Notes: a model not told the origin generated them from the letters alone. A DNA stretch of 64,000 bases from Guillardia theta CCMP2712 (GCF_000315625.1 NW_005434667.1:214598-278597), one strand, 5' to 3'; counted from the first letter of the stretch, positions 29,712 to 43,800 are shown. Program-made: numbers and translations.

Positions 29712-31310
29712 ATGTCGGAAGTTTCCTTCCAACGACTCCTGCATGCCGTACAGGCTGTGAACAACATACATCTACAATCTTTGAACAATGATACAAGCTC
29801 TAGTTCTGCTGCTGTCTCCGTCTCATCCTTAGATCTCTGCTCGTTGGCAAGCCCGGACCCCGCAGCCTCCCAGGCCCTCCCTGTGGCTTCACATGTGCAT
29901 GACAAGTCTCTTGACTGCTCCCCCTTGGACACAAGCGGAGGTCTCACTGGGTCACAAGGGTTGTTGGATGCTCAGAAGCTTGTGGAGGAATCCAAGGCTT
30001 TGCTTGTGCCTGGCGCCTTGCTTCGAGGAGATATCAACATTCCTGGGATGAGCTCCGCCGCTGCTGCGAACGGGCTCACGGAAGACGGATCGCGGGCACC
30101 CTACGAGCTCGAGGTTGTCAAGATTGAGATAGACGAACTGGGACACCAAGTGCTCGTCGGACGCCATGCCGCGTATGGAGATGAGCAGCTGTGTGAGCTC
30201 AGCGTGCAACAGGAGGGCGACCAAGTGCGACTGGAGTATGCGGATGCTGAGACGCTGTGCTCGGGGACGTTCGACTTCAGTAACCGGAAGATTGTCGGGA
30301 CCGTCCGTCAGCTGCTGCAGGGAATGGACAACTTCTTTGTCACTAGCGAAGAGATCAGCCACACCTTCTGCCTCCATTTCCCCTCCGACACCCCCCAGTC
30401 CGCCAAGCTGCGAGTAGACATGAAGCGAGCCCGACAGGAGAGGATGAAAGCTCTCACGGGTTTTGTAGAGCAGTGGAAGGGAACCATCCCCTCTCGCTAC
30501 AAGGACGAAATGCACCAGATGGGCCTGGTCGCCGAGGAATTTCTGACCGATGCTGTTGACTACGCAGAGGAAATTTGTGCTATGATGCGAAGGCAAGCCG
30601 CCATCCTTCAGAGACTGACTTTTGACAGCAAGAAGGAGCGAAGGAAGACTCTTGAAAGCCTTGCGGAGAAAGGTATCGCCCTGGCAGTGGCACATCGATC
30701 AGCAGATTCAGCATTCCTAGCTGTCCGAGCAGTATACGAGCTAAGCACAGCCTTGCCAGACTCCCAAATTTCGATGAATGTGCTTTGGAGCCAAATGATC
30801 AAGGTTCAGCACCGTCTGGAGTTCTCGTTCGCTCGTCTAGAGCAAGTAAGTCTTCTTCTTTGCGCTCTCATAGAGACATCTATCTTGCTAATTGGTTTGA
30901 ATCTCACACTGACTGATCTTACTCTCAGGCTCTCACCAACGCGTCGATCCGAGTTACCAGGGAGACCGTTCAAACGATCTGCAAGAAGAACGTCGAGCAT
31001 GCACCGGGCGAAGAAGCGTGCTGTATGATCTGCTTGGTCGAACTTGATGACAGAAGCACGGTAGCCTTTCCCAGACTTGCAATTCTCTATCTGACCCAAG
31101 TGACAGGACTTCCAGCTTCCTTGTAATCATGTGTTCCACGAAGAATGTCTCCTCAAGTGGCTTCATACACACAACACGTGCCCCAACTGCCGATGTGTAC
31201 TGGAGAATGAAGAGGACGTCGATGTCAAATCCGTACAAGAGGTGTCGAGCGCCGAAAGCGTGGACGAGAGCAACCTCGACCAAGACACATTGTCATGCGC
31301 AATGAAGTGA
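29712..31310 (+). CDS. RING-H2 E3 ubiquitin ligase
   Basis: A long first exon is followed by CCMICLVEL...[26 protein letters not shown] (C3H2C3). Stop at 31308-31310. Confidence 0.88.
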
Positions 31311-31477
31311 AGTAGGGAAGGCGAAGTTCGGTCGGGGCTGTCTGTATCTTGAATTCGACATCTTCGTTCTCAGATATTTTATAAAATACCTTGAACTACC
31401 TGCCACGTCAGCATCCTTTATCGAAACCCAGCTCGCCGTGCGCCTGCCCATGTGTCAAACATGGAGGAAACTTCCCT

Positions 31478-33976
31478 TTAGTAGCTGCTCACCACGTGAC
31501 CTGTGCACCTTGAACTTTTCCTGGCAAGGAAGCAAGGAGGGTCATATCGTGGTAAAGAAGGTCTAAAGGTTACAATCACCTTGACTTTTGACTTCTTGGC
31601 CTTCTTTGCCACTTTTTTGTCCTTCATGACGTTCAGACAGCAACAACAAATGTGCATCACAAGAGTACCATCATTTTATCTTGTTCTATCTTCTTTTGTA
31701 GCTGCAGATTTGACCGATAAAATGATTCTCTTTCCAGGAAATCGCCGCTCCTGAAAAGAAGTCACTGAAGAATAATGAAAACAAGACTGCTGGGATTCGT
31801 CGCTCACTTGCTTGTCTCATCACTTCTTGACAGTAGAGATTCCTGCATAGAGTCTTCCAAGACATTTGAGCTTGGCTCTGGTTCTTCCTTAGTTCGATCT
31901 GCAAGATAATTGAGAGAATCAGGTTTTGTACTCTTGAGTGAACTCTTCACCTGCGCGCGGTTCTTCATCATTCGGTTTGTTGTCAGCTATCTCCCTCCAC
32001 AATCTCCATATCCTTGAAATTTCCTTCTTCTTCCTCAGACTTCGTGCCAAATCAAGCACCTTGGAGCGTTCATCAGAGCATGAACAAGGCGAATGAACAA
32101 CAAACCTCTTCTTTTGACATTCCCACGAGGAGCTCACGTACCCTATCATCCTCACGAATTTCATCCAGCCTTGTTTGCTCATCGAGGTATTTGCCCGAGA
32201 CGCTCGATTGCAAAGATTCACTATCTGAGACATCTGATTTGGATTCTGAGACGTCGGATGCGGCCTCTTCCGAATCGGATTTTCCACGAGAAGAGTATGT
32301 CTTGCTTATACGACTTTCTTTCACCTGAGGACTTCATATCAAGCACTGCCTTATCCTCAGGCATTTCGTACATCTTCGTGCAAGCCATTGCCGCTTACAG
32401 GAAGTCGTTGCAGTGTTACAGTGTAACCACGCTTCGTAGTGCCCCTCTGGAGGTAAAGCTTTACTTTTGATCCCACTGGACCGCAAATAAGTCTCCCAAT
32501 CTGACACGAATCAAAAAAGCAAGCGATTGGAAAAAGTTCAAACTTACTTCTTCAAGATCTTGGTTTGAGCAGTCAACACCGTTCACCTCCTTCAGGATAT
32601 CGTTGACTTTGATCTTCCCACTATTGTATGCTGCACCGCCAGGTGCAAGCATCTTCACCCGGGCGCCAACGGAGGATTCTTCCAACAGAATACCAACACC
32701 AACAGCCTGCTGATGGTAATTTGAAGATTTCCCAGCACTTTTTGGTACGCCTGCACTCTTTTCTTTCACTTTTTCGAATTGATTTGCACGAAATGGCAAT
32801 TTCTCCCTGTCATCACCTTCAGAATCTGATTGCATCTCAGGTCCTATGTGAGAATCCACAGATGATCTAATTTGATCCATTCCAGATGATCGAAAGGAGA
32901 CTTGGCGATAAGATACGTCCTGCACCGAAAAGTGTTCCGTCACTTGGAATACACAATACTCCGGGTAACAAACCCTTACCTCAGCAGATCGTGTTCTTGC
33001 AACTTTGTCTTTTCTCGTTGGACGTTCGCTCGGTGCATAGAAGTCCCCAGGTGATATGGGCGTTGTTACCGATCGGTGTCTACGAATTGTTTAGGCATCA
33101 TGAACCTATGCTCAGTTAAGTTTACATGTGACGTCGGTTCGTTCCTCCGGCTACATCCCTCCTGCTGTCGCTCCTGCTGTCCCTGCCGCCTCCTGCGCTC
33201 CCTCCCCCCCCCTCCTCCTCGCTATCGCTGTCGCGTGATGATGACATACTCTCTGCACTTTGGGATGGCTTTCCAGGCGTGTGCATGCCCTTCGGAGCCC
33301 CAAGCCTTGCGTATCTCGCCTCCCGTGCAGTGCTGCTGCTGTCGCTGTCGCTGCCGCCTCCTGCGCTCCCTCCTCCCCCCTCCTCCTCGCTATCGCTGTC
33401 GCGTGATGATGACATACTCTCTGCACTTTGGGATGGCTTTCCAGGCGTGTGCATGCCCTTCGGAGCCCCAAGCCTTGCGTATCTCGCCTCCCGTGCAGTG
33501 CTGCTGCTGTCGCTGTCCCTGCCGCCTCCTGCGCTCCCTCCTCCCCCCTCCTCCTCGCTATCGCTGTCGCGTGATGATGACATACTCTCTGCACTTTGGG
33601 ATGGCTTTCCAGGCGTGTGCATGCCCTTCGGAGCCCCAAGCCGTGCGTATTTTTCAGCCATGGAAAGTTCTTTCTCATCATGTCGACGTTTGGAGATGAG
33701 TTTGACCCTTTTCCCTGAAGAACTCTTGAGCTGTTGGTGTACGTCACGCCTTGCCTGATCGTCAGACTTGTTCGAGCTCTTTTTCTTCTTGATTTTCGTG
33801 GTTCGCAACGATGTTCCAGCTTTCCCACCACGGAGAGTCAAAGATGCTCTGATCATGCGAAACAGCATGGATGGCGGGGTTTGACAGGCGCATAATTCTT
33901 GGTTTCTGTTTACCATGCACGAGTGCTGAGAGGCACTTGCTATGATAATGAAGAGCAGCACAGTCCATTTCCGCAT
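31478..33976 (-). CDS. PDZ-domain protein with signal peptide, LRGG leader and a 3x56-aa repeat (3' end approximate)
   Basis: MRKWTVLLFIIIASA...LTLRGG leader. PDZ: VGVGILLEESSVGARVKMLAPGGAAYNSGKIKVNDILKEVNG. Further low-complexity exons extend to about 31.5 kb. Confidence 0.7.
33175..33650 (-). repeat. Coding tandem repeat, 168-bp unit, about 3 copies
   Basis: atgacatact recurs at 33241, 33409 and 33577. Encodes YARLGAPKGMHTPGKPSQSAESMSSSRDSDSEEEGGGGSAGGG... Confidence 0.95.
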
Positions 33977-34873
33977 GAAACTCTTTGAAATTCTCTTTCT
34001 CTACCTTTTCAAGTCAACAGATCGTCATGGCCGCCCATGTAGAAAAGCTGAGGATGGCGAATATTTCAACCTGTGGGGGATGAGGAAGTCAGACAATGAT
34101 GATAGTGTAACTGCCGCGTTATGATCAGCAGCTATTCCTTCTAGGACACAAACTCCTTTCACATTGCCTTGCTTACATTGCCATGCCTCAGGTCGCCACT
34201 GTCTAGACACCCAGAGGATCATCACCTGCTTGGCTCCTCTTCCTCTCTCCTGCAACATCATCGCCATCGTCTCACTCTGCTGTCGTCTCACACGCACGTC
34301 CTCGCCGCCTTCCCCTCACTCCCCTCCCCCCCCTCCCTTGGCCCCGCTCTTTTCGCGCCATTTCCGCCCGGGCCCGCCGGCCCGGGCCCGGGCCTCTCCC
34401 ACCGCGGCACTGGCATTCAGCTGTTCGGACTTATTTGACTATAAGACCTTTCATTTGACTACAAACCAACCTGGCCATTCGAGTCAAACGTTGTCAATAG
34501 GCTTTCACTTTCAGGGCGATTCTTCTTTATTTGAAATGTCTCGATCTAATTTGATATTTTAGTCTTAGACGGGCGCAGCCTTTTCCAAATTTATATTCCA
34601 TTTATTGTTTTCCCCAAGGAACCAAGCTGCTGATCGTCGCTCCAACCTCTTTCAGTCTTCTTGGTCCTCGTCTTCTTCTTCTCTTCATCCTTACTCTCTC
34701 TTCCTGTCTCTCACAGGCTCTCACTCTTTCCCGCTCCAGCTATACCTGGGACGCGATCTCTCTAATTTTTTCCGATCTCGAACACTCTTATGTCCTTGCT
34801 GCGTCAACTGGTATTTTCAGCTTTCAACATTTTCGTTCTATAGACTCAGATTCTTGAAATCCAATTTTCTTTC

Positions 34874-37800
34874 ATGTCCAAGATGTTGAGGTTATCCCAA
34901 TCCATCTTACCCCTACTTGTTATCCTCAAGCTTGATTATGTTGGATCGACGTCGTACTGGACCTCCAAGGACGTTTCTTCTGGTCCTGCCGAAGGAGGAG
35001 ACTTAATAAGAGTACAGGGATCAGGGTTTGCTCTCATCCCTGAGCGAGAGATTTATTGTCGCTTCACTATCTCAAATGTACAGGAGCAGTCGCTTGCAGA
35101 TTTCGTTGACAACTCAACTGTTGTTTGTAAAACACCTCTTTGGCAGCATGCTGCCGCAAATGCCTCTTTCTCCCTCTTTTCTCAATCAAATTATCCTATT
35201 CTTTACACGGGCATTGGTCATGATTGGTTTTTGTACTTTGCAAATCTTCAAGGTTTGTCTCAGGTCAGTTCGGGTCCAGCAAGTGGCGGTTACAACCTTA
35301 CGGTTTATGGATTCGGCCTCGATGTGAATGATGCTGGGAATTATCATTGCTTGTTTGAAGCTGGTGGAAGTCAAATGTCCACTTCTGTCGTAATTTCAAA
35401 CAGCTCAACGGCGTTCTGCGTAGCGCCAGCATGGGGTTTGGATCACTATGGTACAAAAGCCGTCGGAGAATCGCCCATGAACTTAGTTTCAGCGGTGAAC
35501 GTTTCTGTGATACATCTTAACACAAGTCTGCCGTGCGGGAGATCTCCTTGTCACTTATCATTCTCCTTCTACTCTCTATGGAAAGGATTAACGATCCCTG
35601 GCATCAACACAGCGTTGGTAGCTTCACTTGTTGGTGGCCAAGAAATCATAGTTGAGGGTTGGGGGTTCTCAAAGACTGCGAGGTACAGGTGTGAGTTCGT
35701 TGATGGGTCAGAAAGGCAATGCTCGGCTGCGGTGTTCGCTACCTCCCCGAAGGACGTAAGGTGTCTAACACCCTCCTGGACGCATGGAGACTTCTCTGCA
35801 CATGTTTTCCTTAGGACTGTGAATGAGTCATATCCAGATGATTGTCAGCCGGGGAATATTTCTTTCCTGCTGTCAGTGTAAAACTGCAGATCATAGCGGG
35901 TGTCACGAACATCAGTGCAATTTCATCGCCTGCTTCGGGGGGAAAAGAAATCTTGATTCGGGGTGTAGGTTTCAATGCAAACTCGACGTACACCTGTAAT
36001 TTTGAAGACTTCATCGTGAATGCAAGCTTTGTCGATGAAATGCTGCTGCGTTGCATATCTCCACCCTGGTACAGAGAGTCGCGCTCCCTCACTCTCAATG
36101 TCTTCACAGAGAGCGGCAACGCCTTGCTGGGCTGTAGCAACTGCTTGTTCACTTTCTACGAGACAGTAGCAGATGTTATCAGTATGAGTAACCGCTCAGA
36201 GGGGCCTGCAACTGGAGGTGGAAACCTGACTGTAAACGGTTATGGGTTCCACTTGCACGATCGCCAGTATACTTGTGTCTTTTCTTCGGATCTGTGGGAG
36301 GATTCTTTGAATTCACAAGCAAATGTCATCTCTCACATGCAATTGTCATGTTCGTTGCCCTCCTTGTATGGAAAGTATTCTGCTGGAATTGTGCGAATCT
36401 CTCTTCAAAGTAGCAATGGAACTGTTGCCTTTCAACCTGGCATTCATGTCCCATCAGAATATATCTCTTTATGTATCGTGGATTCCTGTACCTTTCGTTA
36501 TTTAGCTTTGTGGCATTCTCTGGAACCAAGGCAGCTCTGCGCAACCGGAAATGAACTGATTTCCATTCACGGGTTGGGTTTCGTCTCAAATAATATAACT
36601 TACATGATTCAATCACAAAACGCTTCACAATTAACATCGGAAAACTGTAATGTTGTAAATGCTACTCTACTTCTCTGTAAAATTCCTGCACTTGCTAGTA
36701 CATACAGCAACTTATCGTTGCAGGTATTTCAAGGCTCAGAAAGTCTTGATGGCTCATTTTTGGACAAAATTGATGTGATTCCTTGCTGGTATTCTTTTAA
36801 TGTTTCACATGGACCATCTATAGGAGGGGTTTCAATTGAAATTCTTGGGGCAGGCTTCATGGACCTTTATGATCTTTCTGGAAAGATGTTTTCTACCACA
36901 ACGGAGGTCAATATGACAATATATGTTCTAAATCCCTTTCGATTGTTCTTCATCACTCCAAGTTGGCCTGGCGTTGAAGAAAATGCTGTAGTGAACATTA
37001 GGAATTCACTGTTGGACGAGATTCAATATGATGGCCCTCTCGGACAAGACGTTTTTCAATTTCAACGCTGTTGGTTGACAGTCCAACCAAGTTCTGTTCC
37101 GGCTTCAGGTGGCACCACAATTACTCTCGCAACATTTGCTATGAATCCTTTTGTTAATCTGTCTTGTTCCTTTGCTGTGAACTCAACTCGAATGTATTCT
37201 GTGGCACGCCGAATTTCCTCTGATTCAGTCGAGTGTGAGGTCCCTGAATGGGGAGCAAAATACACAGCTTCTGAGGTGGTGCTGACCTTGTTAGATTCAT
37301 CGAATACGACTATTCTGTTTTCTGAGGTCCTGGACTCGTCTTCGTCGAAAGCGTTGAACATTTATCAGATTTTCAATGGATCTCAGACAGCCCCAAAATC
37401 TTTTCACGTGACAGGTGAGGAGACCATTCGAGTGTATGGTTATGGGTTCGGAAAGGGAGATCGGTATATTTGTAGGTTCATATTGCAGTCAATGTTTGAG
37501 GTCTGGTCGGAAGAAAGCCTTGCACTTAGCACGACCGAGCTTGTTTTCAAGACAAAGTTTTGGAATCATTCTGCAGTCACGAATGCGTTGATTCAGGTCT
37601 TTTGTCAATCATGCGGCAGCAGTGCACCTCAACCGATAGCTGATTCTAACCAACAAGTTATCGCGTTTCATGAAATCGTGACCAGCATCTCGCCTACCAA
37701 AGGTTCAGCTCGGGGAAGTGAGGTGATAACTGTCCACGGCAGCGGATTTTCAATGGAGTTTTCGTATGTTTGCAAGTTCGGATCACTTTCGGTGAAGGCG

Positions 37801-40800
37801 ACTGTCATGAGCTTAAATGAGCTGATATGCTTGAGTCCAACACTGCGTTATGAGGAGGAGGGAATCTTTCCATTCATAGTCCAACGGAACGATTCTTTGA
37901 AGATAGACCGATTCGTCTTTGTAAATTTCACTGACGGCAACATGCATTATGAGGTCGGACCTGATTTGACTTTCAAGTATTTCAGCGAATGGCTGACCTT
38001 CAACCCTTCCTTTGCCGACAGACTCGGTTACATCCCTGTCCCAGAATGTCCCAAAGTGTACTTGCACGGCTTTGGATTCCAACAAGGAATGAAGTATCAG
38101 TGCATCATATCGATGGGAACTCGGATTGCGACTGCTAGGGCGAACTTTGTGAACACGACGATAATCGAGATGATCCCGCCGGAGTGGGACCTGGTGACTG
38201 ATTCGCATCGATATGTAACCAACAAAACAAATTTGACCTTGAGGAAGGCTTCCATCTCTTCAGAAGCCGCGTTTTGGTCGGATGTGTATGGTGGGAACGG
38301 CTCAACGTTGCCAAACCGCACGGCTCTGTGGATTGTGCAAATAAACAAACGGCCAGCTTACGATCTTGTGCAACGGAACTTGACGACTATAGTTGCAATA
38401 GAGAGCCAGGACATGATTAGGATCGAGTTTGCAACCAACTTGAGGAGCGGGGTCGACGGCAATCAGGAGCAGGTTCAGACTGAGAGAGACCAGAAGGTCA
38501 CTTTCGAGGTCGCTAAAGGCTATTCTCGAATGTTTGAAGTTACTCCAAAGATAGACACCAACGGAATCCTGTCGTTCAAGGTCTGGCCTTATTCCTTTGG
38601 TAATACACGGATCTGTGTCGTTCTGCGGGACGATGGAGGCAAGCTTTTCGGAGGGATCGACGCTACAGAACCGAGGTGTTTTGATCTTATCGTAAACCCC
38701 AAATACCTGGGAGATTTCTTTTCCTTCGCCCAGCCTTCGTTGGAGATCTTGGAAAACTCTGGGATACAAGTGTTGGATCGATTCTTGATCAAGAGTCCCA
38801 TGGGCCTCTACAAAGATATTCTTCTCAACTTCTCTGCTGCAGGAGACAGTGACTTCTTCGAGACTGGACCTTTCGTCTCTGAGTTTGGAAGGTTGACGTT
38901 CAAGTGCTATCCTTATGTCTACGGCACCACCACCATCTCTGTGTACCTCTCTTACTACAACTCTTCGGACGCACAAACGTACACGCACCACCAGGATCTG
39001 GTGTTGAATGTGACTGCGGTCAACAACCAGCCGTCATTCACACTGAACGAGTCCAGGGCTCATATAGAAATTATCGAGAACGAATGCATTGCTGAACAAT
39101 GCAGTTTTTCCGATCTAATCGTGTCGAAGTATTCGGGTCTGCATGATCTTAAAACAACCAGCCAAATGTTTGACTGGGACGAAAGCGATCAGAAAATGAC
39201 GTTCCAGTTCGATCATGTGTTGGACACTGTCTTCGAGAGTATTCCTGTGATGAGCATCGATGGAAAACTTTCTTTCAAGCTCCTTCCAAACGTTTTTGGC
39301 AACTTTACGTTGTCGTTGACCCTCAAAGATGATGGTGGTACGGATCATGGAGGCGTTGACACCTCGGACCCTCAACAGATCACGATCTCCATCAAACCAA
39401 GGAACAATCAGCCGACTTTCAAGTTAAATTGCCCGGTCGAACAATGGACTCTGAATTGCTCAAAGGATTGCTCGAGCAACATATCACGTGGATGCTCTTC
39501 AAGAATCAAAATATCAGAGAATTGCATTGATTGCGAGCCAGGTCATCGCATAGTAGACGGATGCTCCAGGCATTATTTCATCCAAAGCTTTGCAGTAGAT
39601 GTGTTTGCCTCAGCACAAAACCTGAAGAACGAGAAGGACCAACTTCTGTCCTTCCTCTTCGATCCCTTCACACCCAGACCTGGAACACCATCGTCCATGC
39701 TGACCTGAACTCCAGTGGGTACCTCTCATTATGCCTCAATTACCGAAAGCATGGTACCGTGACATTCCAAGTGTCCCTTCAAGACAACGGGGGAACCGCA
39801 AATGGCGGGGTAGACACGATCGGCCCCATCTTCCTGACTATCCGTGTAGAGCCTGTCAACCAGCCCCCCAGCTTCAAGGTGGCTGCCCTGGCTGACTTCG
39901 GGGCCAACGTCCTACACCTGTGGACATCGAGCGGGCAGTCGACGGTAGAGGGCTTTCTCGTAGATATCCTCAACGGACATGCCGACTCGAGCGGCAGTGA
40001 CCTGGAGGCCGTACAGTCTCACACATTCTACATAGAGACAGACCTGGCCTACTTCGTTCAAGGGCCGAAGATAGACGCCAACGGGACGCTGACGTTAGAG
40101 GTGAAGGCGGGGATGAGCGGGGAGGTCAACATGAGCATCACGATGGCGGACGACGGGCGGACGGACGACGGGACGGTGAACCCCGAGGACCCGGGGTGGA
40201 GGGGCCTCAACGTGACACAGATCTGCAAGGTGGTGATATCAGACGGGTACCTGAAGCTGTCAGGGGCGGAGATGCCGGGGATGTACAACTGGAGCGAGCG
40301 GATGGGAGACGCGATGAACCTGTCTCGCTTCCTGGGAGTAGGCCGGGAGTACGTGAGGGACGGGGGGAGTGAGTACGAGGTGACCGTAGGTAGCGTGACG
40401 GGGCTGGTAGAGGCGTACAGGCGGGCGTATGACGCGATCGAGGGGAGGAGGTACGTGCTGCCGTCAGGGCGGGGCATCGAGAACGTGACGCTGCGGCGAC
40501 GCAACTACGGGCAGTCAGCGTCGCTGAAGGTGGCGGAGGCGGGGATCACGGTGGTAGGGCTGGAGTACGACGCGAGGCATCCGCTGGTGAGGGAGGGGTT
40601 CTTCTACGACATTATGGAGCCGGAGAACACGACGATGGACCTGGACGGGAACTCGGTGATCTCGTTGAGGGTAGAGGCGGTAAGGTACAAGCGATATCCA
40701 GAGGAGACGAGCTGGAGGGAGAATGAGGGAGACGGGGGGCTATTTGTGGAGGACAAGAACGTGAGTCGAGTAAGCACGAACTGCCATCCAATCTGTCGGA

Positions 40801-43800
40801 ACGCGACGCTACGGCTGGTCCAGAATCCCCTGGGTTTGAATGGGGTGGTAGAGTTCGACATTCTGTTGGAAGATGCAAAGAACGGAAGTTTTACGGTGGA
40901 GGTGGTCTTAGTACTTAAAACTCCTGCTGTAGTGCAGATGGTAGAAGACGATGAAGAATTCTTTCTGCAGTCATTCATCAACATGAGCTTCATCGGCAAT
41001 ATGACAGATTTGACAGACTTTGCCCCCTTGACATTCCAGACCAATTTTACAAATAGGAGTGCTCAATACGGTTCGAACAGTTTCAGGATCGAATATACGT
41101 TTCTCAATCTTTCCTCTTCGTACTCTGTCGTAATTTCGCCGCTGCCCAACCTCTTTGGACTTTTCTACATGCAGACCTGTGTGTCCCGCACAGAAGCTCC
41201 TCTTAAGTCCATCTGCTTTGAATGGGAGCTGAACGTGATCGGCGTGAACGATCCTCCAGAGTTCAACCTCACCAAACGCTTCATGTCCAACGAGGACGAG
41301 TTTTGTGTGAATCAGTATAATTCTTCAGGACTATTGGACATCCCAGTCTCTCCAGGAAATTCTTGGGAACAGAGCCAGCAGATGACGTTTGTCTTCTCAT
41401 TTCTTTACGGCGATAGCAACATCTTCGAAGTTCCTCCTGCCATACGCATCGACATGGACAAGGCTGTCCTCACGTACAAGACCCGCTGCTCTGGGCGAGG
41501 GCTTGCGATCTACTCGGTGATACTAGTTGACAACGGAGGTTGGAGCAATGGAGGGAAGAACTCTACCTTGCCTCGGAACATCTCCTTCTATGTCCAGCCC
41601 AGAAACCGTCCTCCGACCTTCATGTTCGGAGCGTCAGTGGTGACGCACGGACAAGTTAGTTTCTTGGACCTGCTGGAAGATGAGCCAAGGACTCAGCTCG
41701 TCAACTTCACTCGCAACATCGCGAGGGGTCTGCCTGAAGACAAACTGGAGAAGACTCAGTCCGTGAGCTTTCAAGTGCTCTTCCTCAACGGCAGCGAATG
41801 GATCTTTGGGCAAAACAACTTCCCAGCCATCTCGAGCAACGGCTCCCTGTTCTTCAGGGTATCGAGCAATCGATACGGTTACGTCTACGTGAACGTGAGG
41901 ATCCTCGATGATGGCGGTGAAGCTCGCGGCGGCATCAACCGCTCAGACTGGAAACTCCTCAAGATCTCAGTACTGCCAGTGAACGATCGACCGACTTTCA
42001 CGTTAGTCCTCAATCGCGTCCGGGTGAATGAGGCGGTAGACAGCAACACTTCTTCTGTTGTGCTCTCTTCCTTTGCCTTCGACATCAGCCCCGGGCCCTA
42101 CGAGCGGGACCAGCACGTCACTTTCCGTGTAGCAGCCGTCGCCTCTCGAGTCCCTTCCAGAGAGCCATATCCGTGGAGCTCAATGGTGGGAAATCTCTTC
42201 GGACAAGTGAAGCTAGCTGACGGCCAGCTGTTTGTGAGCGGAAGCAACATTTTGATCTCTAACTCGGGGACTCTTTCCTTGCAGCTCCTCCAGTATCGAA
42301 ACGGGGAAGCGAATTTCTCGTGTTATCTCAGTGACGACGGAGGCGTTGTCAACAACGGGTTCAATCGAAGTCTGCCTCAGTCTCTTTCCCTCGTCGTTGA
42401 TCCAGTCAATCAGCCACCGTCGTTCACCTTGACCTCACATGTGCTCGAGCTGCAGGAAGGCTCTCAAGAGTTCTACAGAAACTTCGCAAAGAATATCAGC
42501 GCTGGGATGTGGGACGAGAACATTCAGAGCTTGACGTTTGTCATCAATACAATCTTCGGCCCTCGACAACTCTTCCAATCCTTCACGATCGACTGCCAGG
42601 ACTCTGCGACTTGTCCCAGCTCGACCGCCAATCTGAGCATACTGGTCCTCCCCTATCACTTCGGGAACGTCACTCTCAACGTCTCACTCCAAGATCCGTT
42701 CAATGCAATCCAGAGCGCCACGTTGGTTGTCAATGTCCTGCCGGTGAACCAGCCTCCCTCCTTCCGAATCCGCACAAGCATGCTCATAGTGGATGAGGGA
42801 AGCTCTTGTATCTCCGACTCCAGCGCCCTCTCAGACGAGTGGATCGACTTCATCATGCAGCCTTCTCAATCTGATTGCCGCACAGCACCAGATTTCCTCC
42901 ACTTGCACTCTGGGCTGATATTCTACGACATGGGACCCTTAGAGGGAGGTTATGAATTCGTCTGCCCGCCAGAAACAGCTTGCGAGGAACAGATCCCTGT
43001 GTTCAACGTCACCTGCATGGATGTCTCCCCTCCTCTCTTCTCTGAGCAGCCTTCCGTCGACTCCAACGGCACCCTCAGGTTCTCTCTGGTCCCGATCGCC
43101 AGCGGCAACGTATCCTGCATGATTCAGATGCGGGACTCCAACATCCTGATCGGACAGCCTATCTTCGCTGAGGCCCAGGAGCTGCAGATCTTTGTGACTC
43201 CGGTTAACAACAGGCCCCACTTTGAGCTGATAGTGCACAACGTCACGGTGTTGGAAGACTCTCCGAAGTTTGACTTGAGAGTTGCCGACAACATTTTTGC
43301 TGATGGACAAAGCGGGCTGACTGAGACCAATCAGAAGATCTCGTTCATCGTTTCCGTCGTTTCTCACCCCGAAATCTTCTCTCCCAACGGCCTGCCGAGT
43401 GTGGATGCGGGAGGAAATCTGACGTTTGGCTTGGCGGCCAATCAGTTCGGGACGAGCAACCTTAGCATCACAGTGGTTGATGACGGCGGTGGGCACAACG
43501 GCTTGCAAGGCAACACAAAGTACCTTGAAGTCAACGTTTTGCCTGTTAACAACCCTCCAACTTTTCAAGTAGTGGAGAACGTCTCTGTGGATGAGAACTC
43601 AGGCTTTCAGCTGTTTTCAGTAGTTTCCAGCATCACTCCTGGACCTGCCAACGAACATTGCCTCCACCCTTCGACCTGGTGTCAGAATCAGAGTTTGACC
43701 TTCTTTGTCAGAGACGTTATGGGCATCTCAAACCTCTTTTTGGATCCTCCTACCATCGATCTCCAAGGCAGGCTGTCGCTGAACCTCACCACGTTCGAAA

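Noticed and set aside
33175-33650. Possible CRISPR-like or LTR repeat
   Set aside because: Head-to-tail identical units with no unique spacers, in frame within a eukaryotic CDS.
35756-35889. Intron (gtaag...ctgcag) as the explanation for the first frameshift
   Set aside because: It would delete the conserved VRCLTPSW core of an IPT domain, and it is much longer than typical introns here.
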